64,000 nt of DNA from Barthelona sp. PCE (Eukaryota). The DNA is taken from NCBI GenBank assembly GCA_040285745.1, contig JAUFOR010000005.1, positions 186,001-250,000 on the forward strand, written 5' to 3'. The translations under genes were made by a program, and so were the position numbers. Below, one piece after another: positions 53,050 through 63,478 of this stretch (positions are counted from its first letter, which is position 1; every line of letters starts with the position of its first letter). A model generated the notes under the pieces. That model was not told the origin of the DNA. It did no database searches and saw only the letters and a list, made by a program, of their open reading frames with translations.

Positions 53050-53586
53050 TTATTTTGACCAGAAATTGATGTTAAGAAGTATAAAAATCAATCCTGTAAA
53101 TTTTGGGTTGTCAGATCTTCGTTCTCCATCAATACCTTCGAATATTGACTAACTATCGCACATACACGGTTTTCAGAGTAATTAAGGGTCAAACATTCGT
53201 TATCTAATCAATTTAAAGAAATTAAAAAATAAATAAAAAATAATAGGAAAATGCTAATACAATTTTTTAAAATTGCATGCAAAATATTTATCCGCTAATA
53301 TTTTTATTCGTAGCATTGTATCTTTTACTGAAAGCCTAAGATGGGTGTTCACATCTTTTAATGGAAGAGCTAAAGAGCGAATAGCATCGTAGTTGAATCG
53401 ATACCAAGTGAAAAAGTAAATAATATGAAGGTGTTTACAAACAAGCAATTTATTTATCATTTTACCACTTTTGGGCACGTGTCAAACATATATTCATCTA
53501 ATATATTCAACATTAGTACAACTCAAATAATATTTTGAATCATACAATGCAAAGAACTGTAATTACCAAAAAAAATATTTCAATAA

Positions 53587-55466
53587 CTATAAAGATTTAG
53601 TTGAAAAGAAAAAGTCAGAAAGAACTGTAAAATGCGAATGTTGCAAGAAATCAAGCAATTTCACACAGAAAGGTTCAAAGTTAAATGAATCACTACTGCT
53701 ATTGTAACTAATGTAATGTCCATTGATTTGAAGGTTGGTAACTACTCTATCTATCCGAATCGCACCATGTTCTCTGTTGCATATCCAAGCACTGTTTTCC
53801 TCATAAGGTAATGTTGCCGACATAAGTTCATAACCATCATCAAGAGTACAAGTAAAAACTTGATCATCAATAATAAGTGTATTTTCATCAATGAACTGCA
53901 TACAGTTCGGTTTTTTTTGGAGTTCTAATGTATATTCAGTTACATTTCCATTCTCGAAATCAAAAGATATGAAGTGAACAATTCCTTCATTGTTATACCC
54001 AATAAAAGTATTAGGAGCCCATGGATTAATCGTCATTTCGCTAATTTTTGTATTTTCAAAGGTTATTGCCTTGCTAAAACCGCCAATTGAATCAAAAAGA
54101 AAAGCAGTAACAATACCTGACATGGACACAACATATCCAACATCTCCTTCAATATACATTTTAGATGTTCGCCTGTGCTCAAACATGGAACCATTTTTAA
54201 AAATGATACAGCGTCTTCCATCAATTAAGAGGTGTTTTTCACTTGCCACTGCATCTGCAAACCATGCATCGTTTTCTAAATGTGTTAAATACGTACTATA
54301 CAATATTTTTTGCGTATATAGATCATATACATCCACCATTTCAAATTTAACTCTGTACTGAACAAAAACCTTTTCACCAACAAAAACTAAATTTTTGATC
54401 TTTTCGTAGCATCCTTTAAAAGCCATCACTGCATTTGTCTTACAAAACGAATTAACAAATATGTACATATTACTTGTTGCAAAACAGGGTAATTTCATTT
54501 CGGAAGGTTTATACAACTCGGCGTAATCACCAATTGTAAACAAAGTTGATGGTTGAGCTTTTGTGACATAAATACGGTGCATAGCACCATTTGTATACAT
54601 AAAAAGCTCCTCATCTTTTGACATCAGTCTTTCTATAGTTGTGCACGTGGAGTCGGTGTGAATACCAATACTCGAAACGGTGTACATACACTTCATTAAA
54701 GGAGAAATTAAACAAAGTACAGAATCAGTGTATATTGCACTAACACTGCAATAACAAATATCATAAGGTAATTTTTCCAAATATAAATACTCGTCTGCCA
54801 AAAAAGGAACTCCTTCATTGTCTGCAATGAAAAATGCGTGTTTGTTATATATAATAACATCTTTATATACAGTATGACCATAGATACGCATTGAAATTGT
54901 TTGATGACTGTTTGGATTGAATATTCTATTTAAAACTTTGTGCTCCATTATGCAACTCTTGAGTAAACCTGCTTCATTAAGATATACTCCGATAAGATTG
55001 TTTCCATCTATACAAACAGTAAAGTAACAGTCACGTACTCTACCAGAACTAGAATTCACACAGCGAAATATCCCAACATCTTCTTCGCTGCAGTTTTGAA
55101 GAGAAATCGGTACGTCTCCTCTGCACTCGGTGACTAAATACTGATCTCCGATGATATATTCAATTTCTTTTTCGCCTTCATACTTAATATCATGGCTGAA
55201 AAAGAACTCACCATCAAATAGTTCAAAAAAACTAATTTTCCATCATTAAAATCGTAGAACAGCGATGAACAACGACACTGCTTTGGTAGGAAAGGTATTT
55301 TCTTAGCATTGGCTTCACTATGAACGATAATAGGAGGTGGTGGAATCATTCCTAGCTGTTCTTGCTGTATGATGGAAAATTGAGTCCCAAATCTTGGCAA
55401 ATAGGATGTGTTCGTAACTAAATTGCCCTGCTTGGTTATAAAATCTGCTTGAATGAAACGAGGCAT
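53587..55466 (-). CDS. MP[RK]-family gene split by a frameshift in a 7-nt homopolymer (55225-55231)
   Basis: MPRFIQ... ORF; adding one T gives KLVFFELFDGEF (family motif), continuing into 53587-55059, which ends VKLLDFLQHS. Consensus error or pseudogene. Confidence 0.7.
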
Positions 55467-56874
55467 GTGAAGAAAGATGGAAGATGCAATACATCTTATT
55501 CAGCAAATGAATCTATTGCTTACTTGCTGATTAGCCAACATATGTTATCAAAAAGGATTCAAAAAGTAATAAACTCTTTGCATAAACCCAATTTACAATT
55601 GAATACTTTTCTTTCAAAAAAAGGGTTTTAGAACAATTCTCAGCACAGCACTCAAGGGATCTGCCAGTTCCCGAACAATTATACTGAAGTAGATTTATAT
55701 GTCACCATTCCTAACTTCGAAGCAAAAATCCAACCAATTGAAATGCCACTATTTTTTCAGATGTGTGACTTCCAAGCTTTGAAAGTGGTAACTCAGCACT
55801 ATATCTGAACTTAAATCTGTTAAAAATTCTGTTTATAACCGTAAACATAGATGAGAAAATGCTACGAATAAAAATATTAGCGGATAAATATTTTGCATGC
55901 AATTTTAAAAAATTGTATTAGCATTTTCCTATTATTTTTTATTTATTTTTTAATTTCTTTAAATTGATTAGATAACGAATGTTTGATCCTTAATTACTCT
56001 GAAAACTGTAGTTGATGGCAATCGGAATCTTGATGCACCCGAAACCTAGATGACATACACTGATAGTGAGAGTTAAAGAATAATCCTAGCTAAGTTACTC
56101 GGACTCGAGTAACTGCTTTTCGATTTCTTTCCTGAATTCAAAAAATTAAAAAAGACAAAAAAACCAGAAAGTTAAATTTCAAGCATAATCTTCGAAACTT
56201 TTTGTTGTTTTTCCGTGAGCTTGGAAAAAACTACTCCGCACACATTCTGTGCTGGATTATCCAAGAAAGTCTTTCATCATCTTCTGCATAAATTATATCC
56301 TAGTGCAGAAAGAACGCAGGTAAGTTTTATCAAGAAATTTTACAAAAAATTTCATCATATTTTCTCAATAGCGAGACAGTTAGCCACTAATCATGGCTCT
56401 ACGGGTACGTAGCGTGCGGCGGTATCTTGATTGATCCGTACCCGTCCTGTCTAACGGTTCGTTCTGTCTGCCCTCCCAACATGCAGGCTGTCACTTCAGT
56501 AAACCATCCAAGGTGTAGGATAGAGGATAACGTGTATGTGCGATAGTTAGTCAATATTCGAAGGTATTCGTAGGAGGTTGTAAATTTACTTCGGAGTTAG
56601 ACACTTGTACGGGAGTTGCGAGCTCCCTCGAGTGCTGTGCTTGCACTGAGAATTGTTCTAGAGCCCTTTTTTTTAAAATAAAAGGGGAGAAAGAAATGAT
56701 GTAAGTACTCACAGAGTACAAGAGGGAAGACCGCGTGTCTACTCCTCAGTAGATTTACTCCTACGAAATAGCGTGTTATTCACAAGCGTGCCTGATGGAG
56801 AACGAAGATCTGACAACCCAAAATTTACAGGATTGATTTTTATACTTCTTAACATCAATTTCTGGTCAAAATAA

Positions 56875-56947
56875 TTCTCCATCGTTTAGTGGTTTATGAT
56901 CCCAGATTCTCACTCTGGAGACCGGGGTTCGATTCCCCGTGGGGAAG
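56875..56947 (+). tRNA. tRNA-Glu (anticodon CTC)
   Basis: Cloverleaf: TTCTCCA/TGGGGAA acceptor, CCAGA-TTCTCAC-TCTGG anticodon arm, CGGGG-TTCGATT-CCCCG T arm; 73 nt, followed by TTTTT. Confidence 0.95.
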
Positions 56948-57072
56948 TTTTTAATAATTACTTATTAAACTTACTATTAAAAGTACCTGTACCTAGTTTT
57001 TAAAGGAGAATTTCTCCTCTCGAAAAGACTCATAGCAGAAAATTCCACCTTTTTCTAATGAATCCACTTATT

Positions 57073-57097
57073 CTAGGTTCGATTCCTCGTCCAGGTA
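57073..57097 (+). other. Orphan tRNA 3' fragment / Pol III B-box
   Basis: CTAGGTTCGATTCCTCGTCCAGGTA followed by a T-run; mirrored at 52827-52851. Confidence 0.55.
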
Positions 57098-57101
57098 TAT
57101 T

Positions 57102-59764
57102 TTTTTGTTGAATGTTGAATGATGGAAGCATGTGGTTGACGGAACTCATGGCAGAGTTGTTGAATGATGGAAGCATGTGGTTGACGGAACTCATGGCAGA
57201 GTGAATCTGTGACTCATGAATGTGCTGTCCGAATTACGTCCTTTATCGTACATTCCGGATTTCTCTTTTTTACTATTTTTTATGGGGTGGGAACTCAATT
57301 ACCCGACCTCGAGCTTAGGAAGTTATTCACGCCATCCAACTGGATATCTGTCAGTAAACATGCATGTATCGAGAGATCTCAGCCCCTGTGAAGTCATTTT
57401 TGTTGAATGTTGAATGATGGAAGCATGTGGTTGACGGAACTCATGGCAGAGTTGTTGAATGATGGAAGCATGTGGTTGACGGAACTCATGGCAGAGTGAA
57501 TCTGTGACTCATGAATGTGCTGTCCGAATTACGTCCTTTATCGTACATTCCGGATTTCTCTTTTTTACTATTTTTTATGGGGTGGGAACTCAATTACCCG
57601 ACCTCGAGCTTAGGAAGTTATTCACGCCATCCAACTGGATATCTGTCAGTAAACATGCATGTATCGAGAGATCTCAGCCCCTGTGAAGTCATTTTTGTTG
57701 AATGTTGAATGATGGAAGCATGTGGTTGACGGAACTCATGGCAGAGTTGTTGAATGATGGAAGCATGTGGTTGACGGAACTCATGGCAGAGTGAATCTGT
57801 GACTCATGAATGTGCTGTCCGAATTACGTCCTTTATCGTACATTCCGATTTCTCTTTTTTACTACTATTTTTTTTTTATGGGGTGGGAACTCAATTACCC
57901 GACCTCGAGCTTAGGAAGTTATTCACGCCATCCAACTGGATATCTGTCAGTAAACATGCATGTATCGAGAGATCTCAGCCCCTGTGAAGTCATTTTTGTT
58001 GAATGTTGAATGATGGAAGCATGTGGTTGACGGAACTCATGGCAGAGTTGTTGAATGATGGAAGCATGTGGTTGACGGAACTCATGGCAGAGTGAATCTG
58101 TGACTCATGAATGTGCTGTCCGAATTACGTCCTTTATCGTACATTCCGGATTTATCTTTTTTACTATTTTTTATGGGGTGGGAACTCAATTACCCGACCT
58201 CGAGCTTAGGAAGTTATTCACGCCATCCAACTGGATATCTGTCAGTAAACATGCATGTATCGAGAGATCTCAGCCCCTGTGAAGTCATTTTTGTTGAATG
58301 TTGAATGATGGAAGCATGTGGTTGACGGAACTCATGGCAGAGTTGTTGAATGATGGAAGCATGTGGTTGACGGAACTCATGGCAGAGTGAATCTGTGACT
58401 CATGAATGTGCTGTCCGAATTACGTCCTTTATCGTACATTCCGGATTTCTCTTTTTTACTATTTTTTATGGGGTGGGAACTCAATTACCCGACCTCGAGC
58501 TTAGGAAGTTATTCACGCCATCCAACTGGATATCTGTCAGTAAACATGCATGTATCGAGAGATCTCAGCCCCTGTGAAGTCATTTTTGTTGAATGTTGAA
58601 TGATGGAAGCATGTGGTTGACGGAACTCATGGCAGAGTTGTTGAATGATGGAAGCATGTGGTTGACGGAACTCATGGCAGAGTGAATCTGTGACTCATGA
58701 ATGTGCTGTCCGAATTACGTCCTTTATCGTACATTCCGGATTTCTCTTTTTACTATTTTTTATGGGGTGGGAACTCAATTACCCGACCTCGAGCTTAGGA
58801 AGTTATTCACGCCATCCAACTGGATATCTGTCAGTAAACATGCATGTATCGAGAGATCTCAGCCCCTGTGAAGTCATTTTTGTTGAATGTTGAATGATGG
58901 AAGCATGTGGTTGACGGAACTCATGGCAGAGTTGTTGAATGATGGAAGCATGTGGTTGACGGAACTCATGGCAGAGTGAATCTGTGACTCATGAATGTGC
59001 TGTCCGAATTACGTCCTTTATCGTACATTCCGGATTTATCTTTTTTTTTATTTTTTTTTATGGGGTGGGAACTCAATTACCCGACCTCGAGCTTAGGAAG
59101 TTATTCACGCCATCCAACTGGATATCTGTCAGTAAACATGCATGTATCGAGAGATCTCAGCCCCTGTGAAGTCATTTTTGTTGAATGTTGAATGATGGAA
59201 GCATGTGGTTGACGGAACTCATGGCAGAGTTGTTGAATGATGGAAGCATGTGGTTGACGGAACTCATGGCAGAGTGAATCTGTGACTCATGAATGTGCTG
59301 TCCGAATTACGTCCTTTATCGTACATTCCGGATTTCTCTTTTTTACTATTTTTTATGGGGTGGGAACTCAATTACCCGACCTCGAGCTTAGGAAGTTATT
59401 CACGCCATCCAACTGGATATCTGTCAGTAAACATGCATGTATCGAGAGATCTCAGCCCCTGTGAAGTCATTTTTGTTGAATGTTGAATGATGGAAGCATG
59501 TGGTTGACGGAACTCATGGCAGAGTTGTTGAATGATGGAAGCATGTGGTTGACGGAACTCATGGCAGAGTGAATCTGTGACTCATGAATGTGCTGTCCGA
59601 ATTACGTCCTTTATCGTACATTCCGGATTTATCTTTTTTACTATTTTTTATGGGGTGGGAACTCAATTACCCGACCTCGAGCTTAGGAACTTATTCACGC
59701 CATCCAACTAGATATCTGTCAGTAAACATGCATGTATCGAGAGATCTCAGCCCTTGTGAAGTCA
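57102..59764 (+). repeat. Tandem array of nine ~295-bp units, each starting with a duplicated 45-mer
   Basis: Periods 295, 295, 301, 295, 295, 294, 298, 295; differences lie almost only in the T-rich tract; 45-mer TGTTGAATGATGGAAGCATGTGGTTGACGGAACTCATGGCAGAGT occurs twice per unit. Confidence 0.97.
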
Positions 59765-59803
59765 TCTAATGTAAAGGTAATGGAGCTATTCATTATGACA
59801 ATA

Positions 59804-61927
59804 CTAATGATAATCTGGCATATGGTACTCAACTATGGATGCCTCGGCCAGGAACGATGGAAGGTGGAACGTTTCCACTGTAGGATTCATCGATTCCGGG
59901 TCTTCCTCAACATTGTAAGTTTTCAAAATCATTGTCTTGGTCTCTTCTTCATACGTCATATCTTGAACAGTGTTGTTGGATAAATTATGAATGTGTTTTA
60001 TCTGCATATAGGGAGGATTGGGTAAATTGTTGTTTGTGTAAAATATTGTTTTGATAGCATCATCTTCAACCTGTACTTTAACGATACCATCCCCCACGTG
60101 TATGTATGAATCTCCCACAAAATTTCGGAAACTATTGCCTTTCCTTATTTCATCACATTCAAAAAGGAGAACATGCTCTAAAAATCTTCCTGCTGACCAA
60201 TCTAAACAGTGTAAATGTTGTGTTTCTGCTTCTTCACTGTATGTATGTACAATAAATAGCTGGTGATCAGGTGTTTCTACCAATGGACGAGGGTTAAAGA
60301 AAACATCACCTGTATATGCATTTTCAAAAATAATGTGCTTTTGAACCTCTACTTCATACCCGTTGACATTGAGCTGAAAGAAATGGATTGCTTCTTCACA
60401 TACAATGCACGCTGAGTCACCATTAATTGAACCATGAACACTTATGACTTCAATATTCGGGGGAAGCTCTAAAATCATCTTTCTTCCCAAATACACTAAG
60501 CATGTATCCTCACTATAGTCAACATTAACGGGCAACCCTTGAATGAAACCAAAGTTTTCGGTGCCGCAATGAGGCAAAATGGTTGTGATGGGTTTGGATT
60601 CTGACCCTATCCAGTGTATTTTAGCACAATATGCAGTACCTGTTTCACAATGCTTTTGTGTCATTACAAAAAAATCATTTTCACTAACTGATAGGAAGCT
60701 GAAATCTTGTTTTATGGAATTGTATTCATTCACATCCCTTAGAATAACAAGCCTTTTTTCTTTTGAAAAAAAGTAATATTTTATAGTAACATTACGTACT
60801 TCCGCTATTCCATCAAAGAAGATTTTTTTTGGTTTCAGATAACTTAAACGTATCACCTCATTATCAACTGTTCTGAATTTAATTGGGCCAAAACGTCCTG
60901 TTTTGTTATCAGTACCAAACAAAACACAACCCTCATCATGAAAGGAGTTTTCAAACAAGTCCATATGTCTCAAATTATTGCAAAGTATATTACTGAATCT
61001 CATTTCACCCTCTGAAATCGTCAATTCATCGTTTTCGATATGCACTACCACACATTTTGAATAAATGAATGCCATTGACAAAACATCTTGAGTGAGTGTC
61101 AATAAGACAAAATTCGAGTTTTTTTTGACATACACGCCTTTAAGCTGCGGAAACCTTTCTGTTAAGTTAACGCAGTTCCTCTGAGCATCAAATATTGTCA
61201 ATTCATTAATTTTTTGATCGCGAAGCTGGACTGAGCAAACACAAACCGAGTTGTAACACCTGAAGTATTTTGAATAGAAATTATATAACTGCTTAATATC
61301 AGGTTCATGTGCCTCGTCCATGTCATTGACAGAAAAATTGTAATGCCAGATGGTATCATCTTGGCACTTCCTTAACATAATGTAGTTTGGCTCTTTTGTT
61401 TGAACTAGACTATATTCTCTTTGAACCAGTCTATATTCTCCAAGACATCTATATTCATTCGTAAGCACATTTAATATGTAACATTTATGAATAAATAGCT
61501 TGCTGGTCACGGTTTCCCTAATGGTGAATAGTAAATGGTTTTCATCCATTGGAACTATTCTATTTGAAAGGCTTCTTAAGCTAATCCTCTCAAATGGGAA
61601 GGGTATTCTTCTGCTTGTGTGTTCATCACTTGTGATATCATTAAATAATAAGATATCAAGATGGGTTAAAATACGATTTTCATTACAAATTTTTTTAATG
61701 ATCATAAAACCTGTTCCAGCTTTTAATTTAGATGTGTAATTGAGAGGATTACACGTGTTTTCTACATACCCGACGAATCCCTTGCCTTCAAAAACACTTT
61801 CAATGAGGCTAATATCAGTGTTTTCTCTTGAATTAAGCAATCTTAGGCCCTGACCCTCAAATATTAGTTGCCCTTCAGGATAAGCGTTGATAATAGGATC
61901 TTCCTCAAAATTTCGTACCCTAGACAT
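59804..61927 (-). CDS. MP[RK]-family hypothetical protein; paralogue of 18161-20314
   Basis: ATG at 61927 (MSRVRNFEED); collinear with 18161-20314; stops 6 codons earlier (TAG where the paralogue has GAG). Confidence 0.8.
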   Translation of the reverse strand: MSRVRNFEEDPIINAYPEGQLIFEGQGLRLLNSRENTDISLIESVFEGKGFVGYVENTCNPLNYTSKLKAGTGFMIIKKICNENRILTHLDILLFNDITSDEHTSRRIPFPFERISLRSLSNRIVPMDENHLLFTIRETVTSKLFIHKCYILNVLTNEYRCLGEYRLVQREYSLVQTKEPNYIMLRKCQDDTIWHYNFSVNDMDEAHEPDIKQLYNFYSKYFRCYNSVCVCSVQLRDQKINELTIFDAQRNCVNLTERFPQLKGVYVKKNSNFVLLTLTQDVLSMAFIYSKCVVVHIENDELTISEGEMRFSNILCNNLRHMDLFENSFHDEGCVLFGTDNKTGRFGPIKFRTVDNEVIRLSYLKPKKIFFDGIAEVRNVTIKYYFFSKEKRLVILRDVNEYNSIKQDFSFLSVSENDFFVMTQKHCETGTAYCAKIHWIGSESKPITTILPHCGTENFGFIQGLPVNVDYSEDTCLVYLGRKMILELPPNIEVISVHGSINGDSACIVCEEAIHFFQLNVNGYEVEVQKHIIFENAYTGDVFFNPRPLVETPDHQLFIVHTYSEEAETQHLHCLDWSAGRFLEHVLLFECDEIRKGNSFRNFVGDSYIHVGDGIVKVQVEDDAIKTIFYTNNNLPNPPYMQIKHIHNLSNNTVQDMTYEEETKTMILKTYNVEEDPESMNPTVETFHLPSFLAEASIVEYHMPDYH

Positions 61928-62248
61928 GTATACGCGATGAAGTAGGTGATTATTGAGATAGCACATTTGAAAAAACCATTACTTATACGTGGCATATATG
62001 ATGGGTAAGATGATATTGTATTCATTTGATCATTGGTTGATGAATCGCCAGAAATGTATGGTTTATTATGGGGTATTATCCACATTGTGGATGTGGCTCG
62101 CAGCAGCCGTATTTTGGGCCGCACTCCATGGAACAAGCATAAACATTCAGTAAAAATTACTGTATACGTTGCAGGCCACTAAACCGCTTCAATACTTTTG
62201 TTTTCATATTTTCAGCCTAATTCTCATCAGTTTTGCCTGATTCACACG

Positions 62249-63478
62249 ATGCCAACCGTAAAACGCGAATCTGAGGACGACTATATCGATGTCCAAACGC
62301 CTTTTGAGTATGTGCTGGACTTGAACCAACCTGATACCACTCTTTTGGTGGCATTACGAAAGTTCATGGTGCAAAACGATAACCATGTTGTCACCGACAC
62401 TCGAGTTCTCAAGCGATTGATCAACTGGCTCGACACAGACGTAATTGTTGGTGAGCATGAAGAAAATCTTTTGTGGGTTTTGACTAATCTGGCGAGAGAG
62501 ACAACTTTTCTTGACTTTGGCGCTGTAAGATATGAGTTATTGAGTGCAGTTGTTGAGAAAACTGCATTGAAGTGGGCGCAAGAAAGGAGAATCCCAGATG
62601 AGTTTCTGAAAGATGTATTTGTCCAGAATGTATGGATGTTATCAAATTTGGTGCTCCAATACAACAAATAGAGACATTCATGAGATACTTTGTTGAAATT
62701 TCGGATATAATATTTGAGTATTTTGCAAATGATTTTGAAAAAATTTCGACAGTAATCTGGTTTCTTTCAATTTGTTTCAGCTCGAGAGGGGAATGGTGCC
62801 ACGATGTCTATTACCCTATTGCGAATTTTGTTCTAAAGTGCTGGAAGTGCCATATATCTTTGTCTTATAAATCCCTTTTTTTTGTGTCTCAAACCCCTTC
62901 TTGAGATAGTGGGAAATGAGGAATTTGATATCAAGTGTAAGATTGACATGAAAGATTGGATCAGAAGCAATCTCTTGCCTCACATTTCTGAAGCACATGT
63001 CGAGGTTGATTTTTCACCGCTGTGCCGCACTTTGCACAACATTGCATGTGTTGAGCCATCTAATGAGCTATTTGAGCTTGTTTTACTTTTTTTGAATAGA
63101 GATTTTGAGGAAAAGGAGTTGAGAGAGCTTATTTGGCTCTTTTCCAAATTGCTCATTTACCCAACTGCATACAAAGCACAAATATTCAGGTTTTTAGTTA
63201 ACGGTAGAGGGAATCACTCAGAGGGTGCTGTGTATGAAGCGTTATTTTGTTTTATTAATTATTTCTTAAGGTTTAACAAGGATGTTGAGATATTTAATTT
63301 GTTTTTCCAGTATGTCAATGATACAATGCCCCTCATTATTGATTTACAAAATGATGGGAAATTGGATATTGAGAATGAGTTGATGGCAATTATGAATATG
63401 CACTGCAGCAGGGTGGAATCAACGTTTGCTGAGACCATAGCTTTGGTACAGCGTGATAACAGCGTAGTCTTAGATTGA
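62249..63478 (+). pseudogene. Divergent ARM/importin-alpha-like gene broken by two frameshifts (~62650, ~62880)
   Basis: Three consecutive overlapping ORFs with LWVLTNLA, VWMLSNL, VIWFLS and LIWLFSKL helices; second break lies in an 8-T run. May be consensus error. Confidence 0.55.

Larger units (their letters stand above)
52528..53317. repeat. Left arm of a long inverted repeat
   Basis: 52528-53131 pairs with 56793-57396, 53131-53168 with 56531-56568, and 53169-53317 with 55858-56006. Confidence 0.93.
55858..57396. repeat. Right arm of the inverted repeat, with two extra blocks (56007-56530, 56569-56792)
   Basis: Block-by-block match to the reverse complement of 52528-53317. Confidence 0.9.

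Noticed and set aside
56086-56120. Helitron 3' end (hairpin + CTAG on the minus strand)
   Set aside because: The hairpin-CTAG spacing is only 3 nt and the next base is not T; no matching 5' end was found.
57102-57396. Hammerhead ribozyme or 5S rRNA in the repeat unit
   Set aside because: No CTGANGA...GAAA core on either strand; only a short chance match (TTGGATGG) to 5S.
57102-59764. CRISPR- or TIGR-like guide array
   Set aside because: Units are essentially identical, with no variable spacers and no associated effector gene; the context is eukaryotic.
57209-59769. Repeated 60-67 aa ORFs (MTHEC.../MNVLS...)
   Set aside because: Indels in the T-tract shift frames between units and there are no protein features; by-products of the repeat.
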